DNA of 64,000 nt from Candidatus Acidiferrum sp. (GTDB lineage Bacteria; Acidobacteriota; Terriglobia; Acidiferrales; UBA7541), in assembly GCA_035313865.1 (NCBI GenBank), contig DATFZY010000035.1, positions 466-64,465 on the forward strand, in the 5' to 3' direction. Under the pieces are notes generated by a model. The model had not been told where the DNA came from. It did no database searches and saw only the letters and a program-made list of their open reading frames with translations. A program made the translations under genes and the position numbers. Of this stretch, positions 20,045-30,100 are shown piece after piece; positions within the stretch are counted from its first letter, which is position 1; each line of letters starts with the position of its first letter.

Positions 20045-20120
20045 CGTCTCCGCGACCTCGGCGAACTCTGAGTCCTCTGTATAACGTTTTTTCCGAATCC
20101 GCTGCCACGCTGAAAGGCCG

Positions 20121-21818
20121 TTAGCGGTCGTCTCGGATTTTGAACGGGATGTGCGCGATGACTTCGATCTCGACCGGCGCGCCAGCCTTGGAAGCTGGAG
20201 TGAATTTCCACTGCGCGAAAGCGCTTTTCGCGTTGGCGTCGAGTTGAGGATCGACGCTGCGCACAACATGGATGCTGTCCACGGTGCCGTTGGCGCGAAT
20301 GATGCCGTAGAGAACCACTTCTCCCTGGACATTTTGCTCAATCAATTCCGGCGGATACTTTGGATCCACTTTTCTCATCGGCACCGGCGAAACCAAATCG
20401 GTGGCCGCGGATGGTGCGCCGTTTGGACCGGAACCCAGCTCCGCAAAATTCAAAATCCAGCTGCCGCTGGCGCTGTTGATGTTGGCCATGTTGATGGCCA
20501 GCGTATAAACGTGTTTGGCCGCAAAAACTTGCTCCGGCTTTGCGCCAGGAGGGAGCATCGCGAAGTTCGGCGGGCCGGTTCGTTCCGGCGCGTCTTCGGA
20601 TTTGGCGCCGGCATCCGAGCCGCCGCTCATTAAAGAGCGCGTCGAGGGCAGCTTGAGCTTTGCGCTTCCCAAACCGGAAACGGTGTTCTTCGGCTGCGGA
20701 TTTCCTCCGCTGATGCTGACGCCTACCGGGCTTTTCCCACCGCCGCTCGAACTACTTGAAGGATCGCCCGTGCCGTTCGGCGAACCATCCGGCACGCCGC
20801 GCTTGGTCCCATCCGGCGAAATCGAGATGCGCGCGGCGAGATTGCCCTGCGGCGGCTGAACATTCGGCGCAGGAGGCGCAGGCGCGGCGGAGAGCGCGAT
20901 GAGCGGCGCAGGCGCTCCATTCGCGGTGGCAGCTTGAGCAGCGCCCAACTCAGGCGCGGGCGCGGAGTCGCCGGTTTGAGTGCGAGCGGCAACACGCGGC
21001 GCAATGCCCGCGTTCAATTCGAGTTTCGGGCGCGCAGGCGCGTTTGGCGAAAGGGCCAAAGCGATCTCACCTGGTTTTTGATCCAGAACCGGCGCGACGT
21101 CCGGAGGCGGAGCCACGGTGGAAGTCGCAACGCGATGCTGCCGCGCATGAAGCTTCGCCAGAGCCTGCTCGCTGATCTGAATGTGAGGCCGTGCAGGCGC
21201 AGCCGGAGCCTGCAACTGCACGATGTTCGGCAAATCGGGAAGCACTTTGGGTGCGAGCTGCGGCGCAGCCGGATTGATTACCGTCTGCCGCGGATGCGTG
21301 GGATGCACAGGGTCGGTGACGATGCGCTGGCGCGGGTGGAAGGCGTCGGCGCCTTTTGGCGGCAAAGGCTTAAGCGGGTCGGCGTGCGAAGCAACCTTGG
21401 GCTTTGCGGCGCGAATTTCCACCAGCGGAAAGTCATTGATGGGCCCCGACCAAGTGAGCTGCGTATTGTCGAACGCCGGATTGCGCCGCAGTGTCGCCGT
21501 GAACAGCGAGAACGGCAACATGAAAACAGCCGCGTGCAATAGCGCAGCAGCGAGCACCGCTCGCTTGGGAATGCGGCGCTCAATCCAGCAATCTCGGAAG
21601 TACTCGCCGCCGAGAAAGTCCTTTGCAAGGAAAGGCCGAGAGAAAAGGGCGCGAACGCTGCTCGCAAACCCCTGGTGAAAATCTCCCCAGGGAATTTCCA
21701 GCTTGGGCTCGACCTCGATAACGATGGGTGCAGGCGGAACTTCAAGAGCCATCCGCGCAGCGGTAGCCGCGCCCTGTCCCGAGAGGTTGAACCCACTATC
21801 GACCTGGCCGAGCGACAT
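20121..21818 (-). CDS. TonB-family energy transducer (TM anchor, Pro-rich linker, TonB_C)
   Basis: LLHAAVF TM with His, long Pro-rich region, KVDPKYP...QGEVVL...WKF.PA...G.PV. Confidence 0.85.
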   Translation of the reverse strand: MSLGQVDSGFNLSGQGAATAARMALEVPPAPIVIEVEPKLEIPWGDFHQGFASSVRALFSRPFLAKDFLGGEYFRDCWIERRIPKRAVLAAALLHAAVFMLPFSLFTATLRRNPAFDNTQLTWSGPINDFPLVEIRAAKPKVASHADPLKPLPPKGADAFHPRQRIVTDPVHPTHPRQTVINPAAPQLAPKVLPDLPNIVQLQAPAAPARPHIQISEQALAKLHARQHRVATSTVAPPPDVAPVLDQKPGEIALALSPNAPARPKLELNAGIAPRVAARTQTGDSAPAPELGAAQAATANGAPAPLIALSAAPAPPAPNVQPPQGNLAARISISPDGTKRGVPDGSPNGTGDPSSSSSGGGKSPVGVSISGGNPQPKNTVSGLGSAKLKLPSTRSLMSGGSDAGAKSEDAPERTGPPNFAMLPPGAKPEQVFAAKHVYTLAINMANINSASGSWILNFAELGSGPNGAPSAATDLVSPVPMRKVDPKYPPELIEQNVQGEVVLYGIIRANGTVDSIHVVRSVDPQLDANAKSAFAQWKFTPASKAGAPVEIEVIAHIPFKIRDDR

Positions 21819-21896
21819 GAATCTCCCAATTATAGCGTGACTGGGGCGCCAGGAAGGATGGATTCGTTTCAGGCCGAGGAGGATGCCTGAGAAGGG

Positions 21897-21928
21897 AGTG
21901 AGTAGCGAATAGCTAGTAGTGAGTAGCG
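21897..21928 (+). repeat. Heptamer tandem array (AGTGAGT/AGCGAAT)
   Basis: agtgagt agcgaat agctagt agtgagt agcg. Confidence 0.55.
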
Positions 21929-21987
21929 CAGAGCGGGCCCTTCGAGTCTCACGACAAGCCAAGCTCCCGCCCCTACAACGTGGGACG

Positions 21988-23670
21988 CTACGCTGAGGCC
22001 GCAGGTCTGGGGCGCATTTGGTAATGGCGGAAGATGGCGATGGCTAGCGCGATGACGCACGAGATCGTTAAGACGAGCCAGAAATAAAAGACGATCTGCC
22101 ACGCGCCTACGTACCACGATTCCGGGCCCAGGTGAAATTGCGAGCCAAGGGGGAGCCGGGCGTCACGAAGGAAGGCGGAGAGTTCGGGCAGGTGGGCATC
22201 ATCTCCCTTGCTAAGAAACCGCTGTAGGAGTTTGGCATAGGGGCGGTAACTCACAAAAAGGACGGCACTGGCCAGTAGCGCGCCGACAGCTGCAGCGAAA
22301 CCAAGGGTGAGCGTGAGCCGGCTGGGGAGAAGCGAACCTAGCCTGAGAGAGCGGTTCCGGATCACTACGCCGAGCGCACAAAGAAGCAAGAGCACCGCGC
22401 ACAAAAGAATCGACAAACCGGAGAGCCGCACCAAAAAGGCGTTCCAGTGCGAAACTTCGCTGCCGCTAAACCTGCTTTGCAGGAGGGCGTGTTCTCTCTC
22501 CGCCGTTTTATCAACTCCATCCGCGAGTGCGCCCTCGAACGCGGCCGCAGCTTCGTTCCCTTCCGTTCGAGAGAGTGCGCCGAGCCGAGAGTAAGCTTCC
22601 TTCAAAGGCCTGTTCATGAAAAATGTTAATTCATCGTCGGCCCTCATCAATTCGCCAAATCGTGCAACCTCCGAATATTTTTCAAACGCGGCTTTGCGAT
22701 CGCCGCGAGACTCGAGAGCCTGGCCGGATTGGAGAAGCGACTGCGCGTAAAGATAGCAGTACGAAACGCCATAGCTCGGAAAGCCGTACCAGTTCTCGTC
22801 CGAGGCGGCCTGAAAAGGATCGTCGAGGTGATAGCGAGAGAGAACGCGGTGATCCAATTGTTTTTGGCGGTCGAGATAGGTGTCGAGCTTGGGGGATTGG
22901 AACGCGGCAGCCATTTCCGCTTCCCAGGCTGGGCTTTCCTCGACCTTGCCTAGCGGAAACTCTTTGCTGTGCGTGACGGTGACGCCAATTTTCTGGGCGG
23001 CGAGCAGATGGGGCAAGGCGTTTTGCGGATCCCATTGCTGGAGCGTGGAGAGACGCTCGGTCCCGTTGGAAGTCAACTCCACCGCGCCATTTACGGCGTA
23101 AACCCAGGTGAGATTGGGATCGAGGTGAACGGCTTCGTCGGCCAAGCGCACCCTTTCAGCTTCATTCGGGTGGCGAACGGCCACAAAGGCGAGCGCTTCG
23201 GCATCGTGATTTTGCTCGGCTTTTTTCGCTAGTGCGTCCAGCTCTGGATCTGTATCGGGGCCGGCAAAACTAATTTGTGATTTGACGTGGAGGACGTCGT
23301 GCCACTGCGCGAGGGAGACTTGGAAGGCTTGGCGGAAGACGGGGACTAGGAAAAAGAGCAGAGAGGCGGCTACGCAGGACGCGATGACGGCTAGGGTGGT
23401 TTTGCGCATGGGTGACTCCTTGGCGAAAAGTTCGCTGGCGGTGGAGACGGTGCGGCGGTCGGGGCCGGGGAAGAGGAAGGCGAGGACGGCGTGTTTTGCC
23501 AGGACTCCCGCGCCACCCAGCGACCAGATGAGGGCCGACCAATTCCCTTCGACGTGACTTAGTTCGTTGAGCATGGCGTGGCCCCAGTCGAGGGTGTCGT
23601 GAGGGGCGATCCAGATGGCGAAACGCAGGAGCGCGATGGCGACGGTGCGGGGCGCGGCGGCGGGGATCAT
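21988..23670 (-). CDS. Membrane protein with TPR-like periplasmic domain, PadR-associated
   Basis: Start overlaps the PadR stop (ATGA); N-terminal W..AML.EL motif typical of PadR-adjacent membrane proteins; several TM helices. Confidence 0.7.
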   Translation of the reverse strand: MIPAAAPRTVAIALLRFAIWIAPHDTLDWGHAMLNELSHVEGNWSALIWSLGGAGVLAKHAVLAFLFPGPDRRTVSTASELFAKESPMRKTTLAVIASCVAASLLFFLVPVFRQAFQVSLAQWHDVLHVKSQISFAGPDTDPELDALAKKAEQNHDAEALAFVAVRHPNEAERVRLADEAVHLDPNLTWVYAVNGAVELTSNGTERLSTLQQWDPQNALPHLLAAQKIGVTVTHSKEFPLGKVEESPAWEAEMAAAFQSPKLDTYLDRQKQLDHRVLSRYHLDDPFQAASDENWYGFPSYGVSYCYLYAQSLLQSGQALESRGDRKAAFEKYSEVARFGELMRADDELTFFMNRPLKEAYSRLGALSRTEGNEAAAAFEGALADGVDKTAEREHALLQSRFSGSEVSHWNAFLVRLSGLSILLCAVLLLLCALGVVIRNRSLRLGSLLPSRLTLTLGFAAAVGALLASAVLFVSYRPYAKLLQRFLSKGDDAHLPELSAFLRDARLPLGSQFHLGPESWYVGAWQIVFYFWLVLTISCVIALAIAIFRHYQMRPRPAASA

Positions 23671-23981
23671 GCGCGGCCTCCGCTGAAGGCGACACGCCGG
23701 ACTTTCAGGCCGGCCCGGGTCGCGGGCAGCGCGGAGCGGACGAACGCGGCGCCATCGGGAGTGAGGCGATAGGTGTGGCGCGGTGGGACGCCGTCTTCGG
23801 TGGTGACCCACTTGGTTTCGAGCAGGGAGTACTTGGCCAGGCGCATGAGGATGGGGTAGAGCGTGCCGGACTTGAGGCCGGTCTCGCGGCTGAGTTCGTA
23901 GCCGTAGCGCCAGGCGGTGGGGCGCTCGATGAAGCGTTCGAGAACGCGAAGAGTCTGCGGCGATAAGCGTGGCGGTTTCAT
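23667..23981 (-). CDS. PadR-family transcriptional regulator
   Basis: YGYEL...GTLYPIL.RL...W......PPR..YRLT..G. Confidence 0.9.
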   Translation of the reverse strand: MKPPRLSPQTLRVLERFIERPTAWRYGYELSRETGLKSGTLYPILMRLAKYSLLETKWVTTEDGVPPRHTYRLTPDGAAFVRSALPATRAGLKVRRVAFSGGRA

Positions 23982-23991
23982 GGCACCTCTA

Positions 23992-24019
23992 AGTCTACAT
24001 ATATAGAGAGCGTTGTCAA
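23992..24019 (-). promoter_or_regulatory. Promoter and putative PadR operator
   Basis: Minus strand TTGACA-16 nt-TAGACT; the imperfect palindrome TCTA-TATATG-TAGA (23994-24007) overlaps the spacer and -10. Confidence 0.6.
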
Positions 24020-24062
24020 GCCGAATCGGCCGCAGCATGCCATGCACGGTCGGCTCTATCCC

Positions 24063-24142
24063 GTAGCACAGGCACTCTTGCCTGTGCGGCTTTTTCCCTG
24101 CGCATCTGTCGCGAGAAGCACAGCCAGGAGTGGCTGTGCTCC
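24063..24142. repeat. REP-like doublet (GTAGCACAG family)
   Basis: GTAGCACAGGCACTCTTGCCTGTGC ... GCACAGCCAGGAGTGGCTGTGCTCC. Confidence 0.75.
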
Positions 24143-24168
24143 TAAAACCGCTCATTGGGACGACAATG

Positions 24169-24741
24169 TTAGAATGAGCGAAAAAAGGAAAGGGCCGCGT
24201 CGCCTTGCTTCAGCAGGCGGAAGCGCTTGAGTCGTCCAATATTTTCCGGCAGCGCAAATTTGTGGTAGTGCTCAAAGATGATGAGCGCGTCCGGCGAAAG
24301 AAAGTTGGCGGAGCCAGACGCGAGAAACTCCAGAGCACGCGAGTAGTCCTCGTGCGCAGCGTAAGGCGGATCCAGAAAAACAACATTGACGAGCGATGTT
24401 GCCAGCGTCTGGCGCGCGGCTAACTTTTCCAACGCTGCGAGAGCGTCGGAGGTGAGGATTGTCGCGCCTGACGTGATGCCCAGCGATTCGAGATTGCGGC
24501 GGATCAACTTTGCAGCCGGCGCATGCTTCTCGATGAAGATAGCCTCGACGGCACCGCGGCTGATCGCTTCGATGCCGACAGCGCCCGTCCCGGCGAAAAC
24601 ATCGAGAAAGCGCGAGCCTGCGAGAGACGGCGCCAAAATATTAAACAGCGTCTCGCGCAAGCGATCGGACGTTGGACGCAGCGCATCCCCTTTGAGCGAT
24701 TTGAGCAAACGCGAGCGATATTTCCCGGCGATTATCCGCAT
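24169..24741 (-). CDS. rsmD: 16S rRNA m2G966 methyltransferase RsmD
   Basis: MRIIAG, RPTSDRLRETLFN, LDVFAGTGAVGIEAISRG, FLDPPY. Confidence 0.95.
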   Translation of the reverse strand: MRIIAGKYRSRLLKSLKGDALRPTSDRLRETLFNILAPSLAGSRFLDVFAGTGAVGIEAISRGAVEAIFIEKHAPAAKLIRRNLESLGITSGATILTSDALAALEKLAARQTLATSLVNVVFLDPPYAAHEDYSRALEFLASGSANFLSPDALIIFEHYHKFALPENIGRLKRFRLLKQGDAALSFFRSF

Positions 24742-24745
24742 GTGC

Positions 24746-26869
24746 TCATCCGATTTTCGCGAGGTGGTAGCGGCGTTGCCACTCGCCGGGGAGTTGGCGG
24801 AGGACGCGTTGAAGGGCGGGCGATTGCTGCGCGTCTTCGGCAAGGGCGAAGGCTTCTGTTCGTGCCAATTCCAAGAGTTCTTTGTCGCGGAGGGGGTTGG
24901 CGATGTGGAAGCCGAGGTCGCCGGATTGGCGGGTACCGAAGAATTCGCCGGGGCCGCGGAGGAGGAGATCGGTTTCGGCGATTTCGAAGCCGTTGGCGGT
25001 GCGGACCATGGTTTCGAGGCGGGCGCGGGCTTCGTCGGTCATGCGGATGGGACCGACGAGGATGCAGTGGGATTTGGCGGCTCCGCGGCCGATGCGCCCG
25101 CGGAGCTGGTGGAGTTGGGCCAAGCCGAAGCGTTCGGCGTGCTCGATGACCATTGCCGTGGCGTTGGGGACGTCGACGCCGACTTCGATCACCGTGGTGG
25201 CAACGAGGATTTGGATTTCGTTTTTGCGGAAGCGCTCCATGACGGAGTCTTTTTCTTCGCTGGAGAGGCGCCCGTGGAGAAGGCCGAGTTTCAGTTTGGG
25301 GAAGACTTCTTTGGAGAGGCGCTCGTATTCGTCGATGGCGGCTTTCAGTTCTAACTTCGATTCTTCGATCACCGGATAGACGATGTAGGCCTGATGGCCG
25401 GCCTGGACTTCGCGGCGAAGAGACTCCCAGGTGCCGGGGAGATGCGGCTCGGAAGTCAGGTGCGTTTGGATCGGCGTGCGTCCCGGCGGAAGTTCGTCGA
25501 GGACGGAGACGTCTAGGTCGCCGTAGAGAGTGAGCGAGAGAGTGCGCGGGATGGGAGTTGCGGTGAGGACGAGGACATGCGGGGCGTGGCCGTGGCTGGC
25601 GGCTTTGTCCATGAGGCGTTTGCGCTGCATGACGCCGAAGCGGTGCTGCTCGTCGATGGCGGCGAAGCCGAGGCGGGCGAATTGGACCTGGTCTTCGATG
25701 AGCGCGTGCGTGCCGATGACAAGCTGGGCTTCCCCAGAACGGATGCGCTCGAGGGCGGCGTTTTTTTCGGCGGATTTTAGGCCGCTGATGAGGAGTTCGA
25801 CTTTGTAGCCGCCGGGAGCGAGGATGCGGCGCGCGGAAAGATAGTGCTGGACGGCAAGAATTTCTGTCGGGGCCATTAGCGCGGCCTGGCAGCCGTTTTC
25901 GATGGCGATGACCGCGGCTTGCAGAGCGACGATGGTTTTGCCGCTGCCGACGTCGCCCTGCAACAGGCGATTCATGGGAGCGGGTTTTTCCAGGTCGGCG
26001 GCAATTTCGGCGAGGACACGTTTTTGCGCGGCAGTCGGCTTGAACGGGAGGATGCGCTTCAGTGCTTCGCGGATTTTTTCTTCGCGGACCCGGAAGGCGA
26101 TGGCGTTTTCCTTGCGCGTGGCTTTGCGGTCGAGCGCGAGGCTGAGTTGGTACAGAAAGAATTCTTCGAAGATCAATCGCTGCTGGGCTGGTGTGCGAAA
26201 CGTGTTGAGCGCTTCGATGGATTCGTTCGGCGGGGGAAAGTGGACGTGGATCTGCGCTTCGCGGCGTGAGGGATAGTTGAGACGCGCGCACAAAGCTTCC
26301 GGAAGAATATCCGGCGTGCTGGCGTCGAGCATTTGGACGGCGGCGTACATGGCACGGCGGATTTGGCGCGAGCCGAACGTGCCGATGGCTTCGTAGATGG
26401 GAACGATGCGGCCGACTTCGGTAGAGTCCGGCTCTTCTTTGCCGAGCATCTCGAGCTGAGGATTAATCATTTCGAGGCGGGCCGGGCGGAGCTTATCGAT
26501 TTCGACCTTGCCGTGAAGAATGAGCTGCTGGCCGGGTTTGAGTCGGTCTTCGAGATAGCCGCCGTGGAAAAATTTGCAGGGGAGCAGGCCCCCGGCGGCG
26601 TCCTGAACGAGGAGGTGATAGATGGCATTGTAGTGATGCTTGTTGGGGATGGCCTGGCCGCTCATGACGCGGGCGCGGATGGTGTAGGTGCCACCGGGCT
26701 GGATATTCTTGATTTCGGAGAAATGGATGCGGTCTTCGTAGCGGAACGGGAGATAGGCGAGGAGATCCTCGAAAGTGTGGATGCCGCGCTTGGCGAGGAG
26801 TTCGGCGCGCTGCGGGCCGACGCCCTTGATCATGCGGACTTCGGTCGAGAGGTTCAGCGTCATGGACAT
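24746..26869 (-). CDS. recG: ATP-dependent DNA helicase RecG
   Basis: KGVGP, MNRLLQGDVGSGKT, DEQHRFGV.QR, TATPIPRTL, ERFGLAQLHQLRGRIGRG, RGPGE..GT.QSG; start 26869 or 26863. Confidence 0.97.
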   Translation of the reverse strand: MSMTLNLSTEVRMIKGVGPQRAELLAKRGIHTFEDLLAYLPFRYEDRIHFSEIKNIQPGGTYTIRARVMSGQAIPNKHHYNAIYHLLVQDAAGGLLPCKFFHGGYLEDRLKPGQQLILHGKVEIDKLRPARLEMINPQLEMLGKEEPDSTEVGRIVPIYEAIGTFGSRQIRRAMYAAVQMLDASTPDILPEALCARLNYPSRREAQIHVHFPPPNESIEALNTFRTPAQQRLIFEEFFLYQLSLALDRKATRKENAIAFRVREEKIREALKRILPFKPTAAQKRVLAEIAADLEKPAPMNRLLQGDVGSGKTIVALQAAVIAIENGCQAALMAPTEILAVQHYLSARRILAPGGYKVELLISGLKSAEKNAALERIRSGEAQLVIGTHALIEDQVQFARLGFAAIDEQHRFGVMQRKRLMDKAASHGHAPHVLVLTATPIPRTLSLTLYGDLDVSVLDELPPGRTPIQTHLTSEPHLPGTWESLRREVQAGHQAYIVYPVIEESKLELKAAIDEYERLSKEVFPKLKLGLLHGRLSSEEKDSVMERFRKNEIQILVATTVIEVGVDVPNATAMVIEHAERFGLAQLHQLRGRIGRGAAKSHCILVGPIRMTDEARARLETMVRTANGFEIAETDLLLRGPGEFFGTRQSGDLGFHIANPLRDKELLELARTEAFALAEDAQQSPALQRVLRQLPGEWQRRYHLAKIG

Positions 26870-26917
26870 TTCTTTTATATCATTGCCGGCGGGTGAAGGC
26901 TGATTTGTCGTTTGCGG

Positions 26918-27031
26918 CCCCCCTTGCAAATTTGTAAGTGTTGCATCTAAAGGAGTTAGCTTCCAGCTAAGCTCTTTAGAATCAATGCTTACGGGAACTC
27001 TCGTAAGTGTTGCATCTAAAAGACTTAAGCT
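26918..27031 (-). repeat. ~115-bp tri-site dispersed element, copy 2 (inverted)
   Basis: TAAGTGTTGCATCTAAA at 26935 and 27004 (69 bp apart) with an inverted unit between them. Confidence 0.8.
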
Positions 27032-27165
27032 CACTGTGGGGCCCGGCTTGGGTTAGTCGGCAGCGATTGGCTTGGAACTGTGCGTGAGAGTTGCGCTACC
27101 CTCCGTACGTAGTATAAGTGTCAGCGTTTCGAGTTGACGAGGTGACAGCAATAGCGGGAGGAACT

Positions 27166-30100
27166 GTGGCGGAAGAGCGGCTGACTGGTTCGGATAAGCG
27201 GGCGCTGTTGCTTTGGGTCCTGCTGGGCATCGTGGGAGTGGTGTTTGCGTACAAATATTTTTTCCAGGCGTTTCCGGAAGCGTCGGTGGACTTCAAGGTT
27301 TCGCGCGGCGAGGCGCTGGCGCGAGCGCAGAAGTTTGTCGGAAGCCTGGGCGAGGATGTAAGCGGCTATCGGACGTCGATTGTGTTCGATCTGGACGAGA
27401 ACGCGAAGACGTATCTGGAGCGGGAGCTGGGACTGGAACAAGCCAACCAGCTGATGTCCGGCGAGCTGAACATCTGGTATTGGGATGTGCGGTTTTTCCG
27501 GCCGCAGCAGGAAGAAGAGTTCCGAGTGCGGATAAGTCCTGGCGGAGAAGTTGTAGGTTATGGGCATTCGATAGAAGAGTCGAGGGCGGGAGCGACGCTG
27601 GATAGGGAAGCGGCGCTGGCGCAGGCGCAGAAATTCCTGACCGAAAAGATTGGGGTGAACCTGGCGAACTGGAACCCTCTGCCGGAAGAGACAAGCTCGA
27701 CGAAATTGCCGAACCGGCTGGATTGGGCTTTCACGTGGGAAAAGCGCGGTGTTAAGGCCAAAGATGCGCCGTACCGCCTGCGGGTGGTTGTGGATGGGGA
27801 CCAGGTGAACGGCAGCCATGAGCACCTGAAAGTGCCGGAAGCGTGGGAAAGAAGCTTCGCGAAGCTGCGGTCGAGCAACGATTCGCTGACTCTAGTCTTC
27901 ACCGTGTTTTACCTTGGCTTGCTGGTGGCGGCGGTTTGGCTGGCGATTCAGCTTACGTACAAAGGGATGACTTCGTGGCGGGGAGCGCTGTTGCTGGGCG
28001 GAGTGGTCGCCGGCTTGCTTTTCTTGCAGAGTTTGAACGATTGGCCGCTCTGGGGCGCAAGCTACGATACAAAAGACAGCTATGGAACTTTCCTGGCGCT
28101 GCAACTGGCCCGGGCGCTGGCCCTCGCCGTGGTTACGGCAGTGACGATAACGCTGGTGCTTCCCGCGGGTGAGCCGCTATACCGGGCTTCGCAGCCGGGG
28201 AAGCTGCAGCTTTCGAAAATATTCACGTTGCGGGGATTGCGCTCGAAAGAGTTTTTTTCGTCGGCGGTGGTGGGGCTGTCGCTGGCGGCGGCGCACATTG
28301 GATACGTGGTGGCGTTTTACATTGTGGCGAGCTATTACGGAGCGTGGGCGCCGCAGGAAGTGAACTATCAGGATTCCGTGAATACGGCGTTTCCGTGGAT
28401 TTCCGGGGCGGCGATTGGATTGCTGGCATCGACGAACGAAGAATTTACGTTCCGCCTGTTTGCGATTCCCTTCTTCGCGCGGTTGACGCATTCGCGATGG
28501 ATTGCGGTGATCGTGCCGGCGTTTATGTGGAGCTTTCTGCACAGCAACTATCCGCAGGAACCGCCGTACATTCGTGGCATTGAGATAGGGCTTTTCGGCA
28601 TTGTGGCTGGAGTGGTGATGTTGCGCTACGGCATTTTGGCGACGCTGATCTGGCACTACACCGTTGACGCATCGCTGGTGGGGTTGTTCCTGCTGCGGTC
28701 GAACAGCCTTTATTTCAAGGTGTCCGGGGTGGTCGTTGCAGCGGCGGCGGTTGCGCCGCTGGCGTTTGCTGGAGTTGCGTATCTGATTCGAGGACGATTC
28801 GAAGCGGATGAAGACTTGCTCAATAGCGCCCCGCGGACTGTGGTTGTGCCCATGGCCGAGGCGCCTGTCGAGACGGCAACTGCGCGCGGGACGCGGCGAT
28901 ACGAAGCGCTTACACCCGCAATGTTCGGAGCTCTGGCGGTGTGCCTGGTGGCCGGCAGCGTTCTTGCGTGGCGGGTGAAAACGGAATCGCTCGGGGATAA
29001 TTTGAAGTTGTCCGTGAACGCGAAAAGCGTGCGCGCGACAGCCGATGAAATCATGCGGAAACGAGGGGTGGATCCGGCTTCGTACAAACGCGCCGTTGTG
29101 ATTGTGAATGTCACCGATCCCATCACGAATGAGTTTTTGCGGGAACGCGTGGGCATCAAACGCCTGAATGAGATTTACGCCACGGAAGTGCCGGGTGTGG
29201 TGTGGCAGGTGCGGTACTTCAAGGACAGTCAACCGGAAGAGTTCTCCGTCAAACTCGATCGCGATGGAGCACTGCTGGCGTTCAATCACCGACTGCCGGA
29301 AGATGCGGCGGGAGCATCGCTGAGCAAGGAAGAAGCGCTGGCCAAGGCGCAAACGTATCTAAGCGAAGTAAAAAAACTCGATCTGAGCCAGTGGAACCTG
29401 GTGGAAGAGAACTCGGACAAGAGAGTTCACAGAACAGACCATGAGATTGCGTGGCAGCAGCGGACTCCGATCGACTCGGGCTCGACTTCCTCGAATGATG
29501 TGGTGAGCCACGCGTTTGTGCGCAACAAAGTAGCCGTGCTCGGCGATGAGGTTGTGGATTACAGAGGATCCTACTACTCGAAACCGGATGCGCGCGAAGA
29601 CCAGGAAGCGGCGGAGGGGGGAACCCTTTGGACATTCATCAAGATTCCTGACGAATGGCGGCGCAAACAGGAAGAGCAAACGCTGCCGCGCACGCTGCTG
29701 GCTTACGGAGTGCCCGTCTTGTTTTTTGTTGGAGGCGGACTCACGGCGCTCATCATTTTCCTCAAGAATATTCGCTCGGAAGTTGCGCGATCGGTTCCCT
29801 GGAAGAAACTGTCGGGATGGGCGATCTGGGGAATGGCTGCTTATTTGGCCGTTTTTGCGTTCGGGGACCGCATCCAGAGTGCGTTCAACATGTACAACAC
29901 GGCGATTCCCTTCAAAACCACAATGGGGATTCTGGGAATTGGCATTCTACTGGGAGCACCGTTTAACTTTGGCCTGGTGGTGTTCGTGTTCGGGCTGGCG
30001 TGGTATTACGGGAAGCGCGCGTTTGGGGAAGAATTGCTGCCCGTGGGCGGACGGATGCCAGCGGTCTATTATCGCGATGCGCTGTGGATCGGGGTGTGCG

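Noticed and set aside
26870-27034. N-terminal extension of RecG given by the ORF track
   Set aside because: It is the translated tri-site repeat (LDATLT twice); RecG homology starts near 26869.
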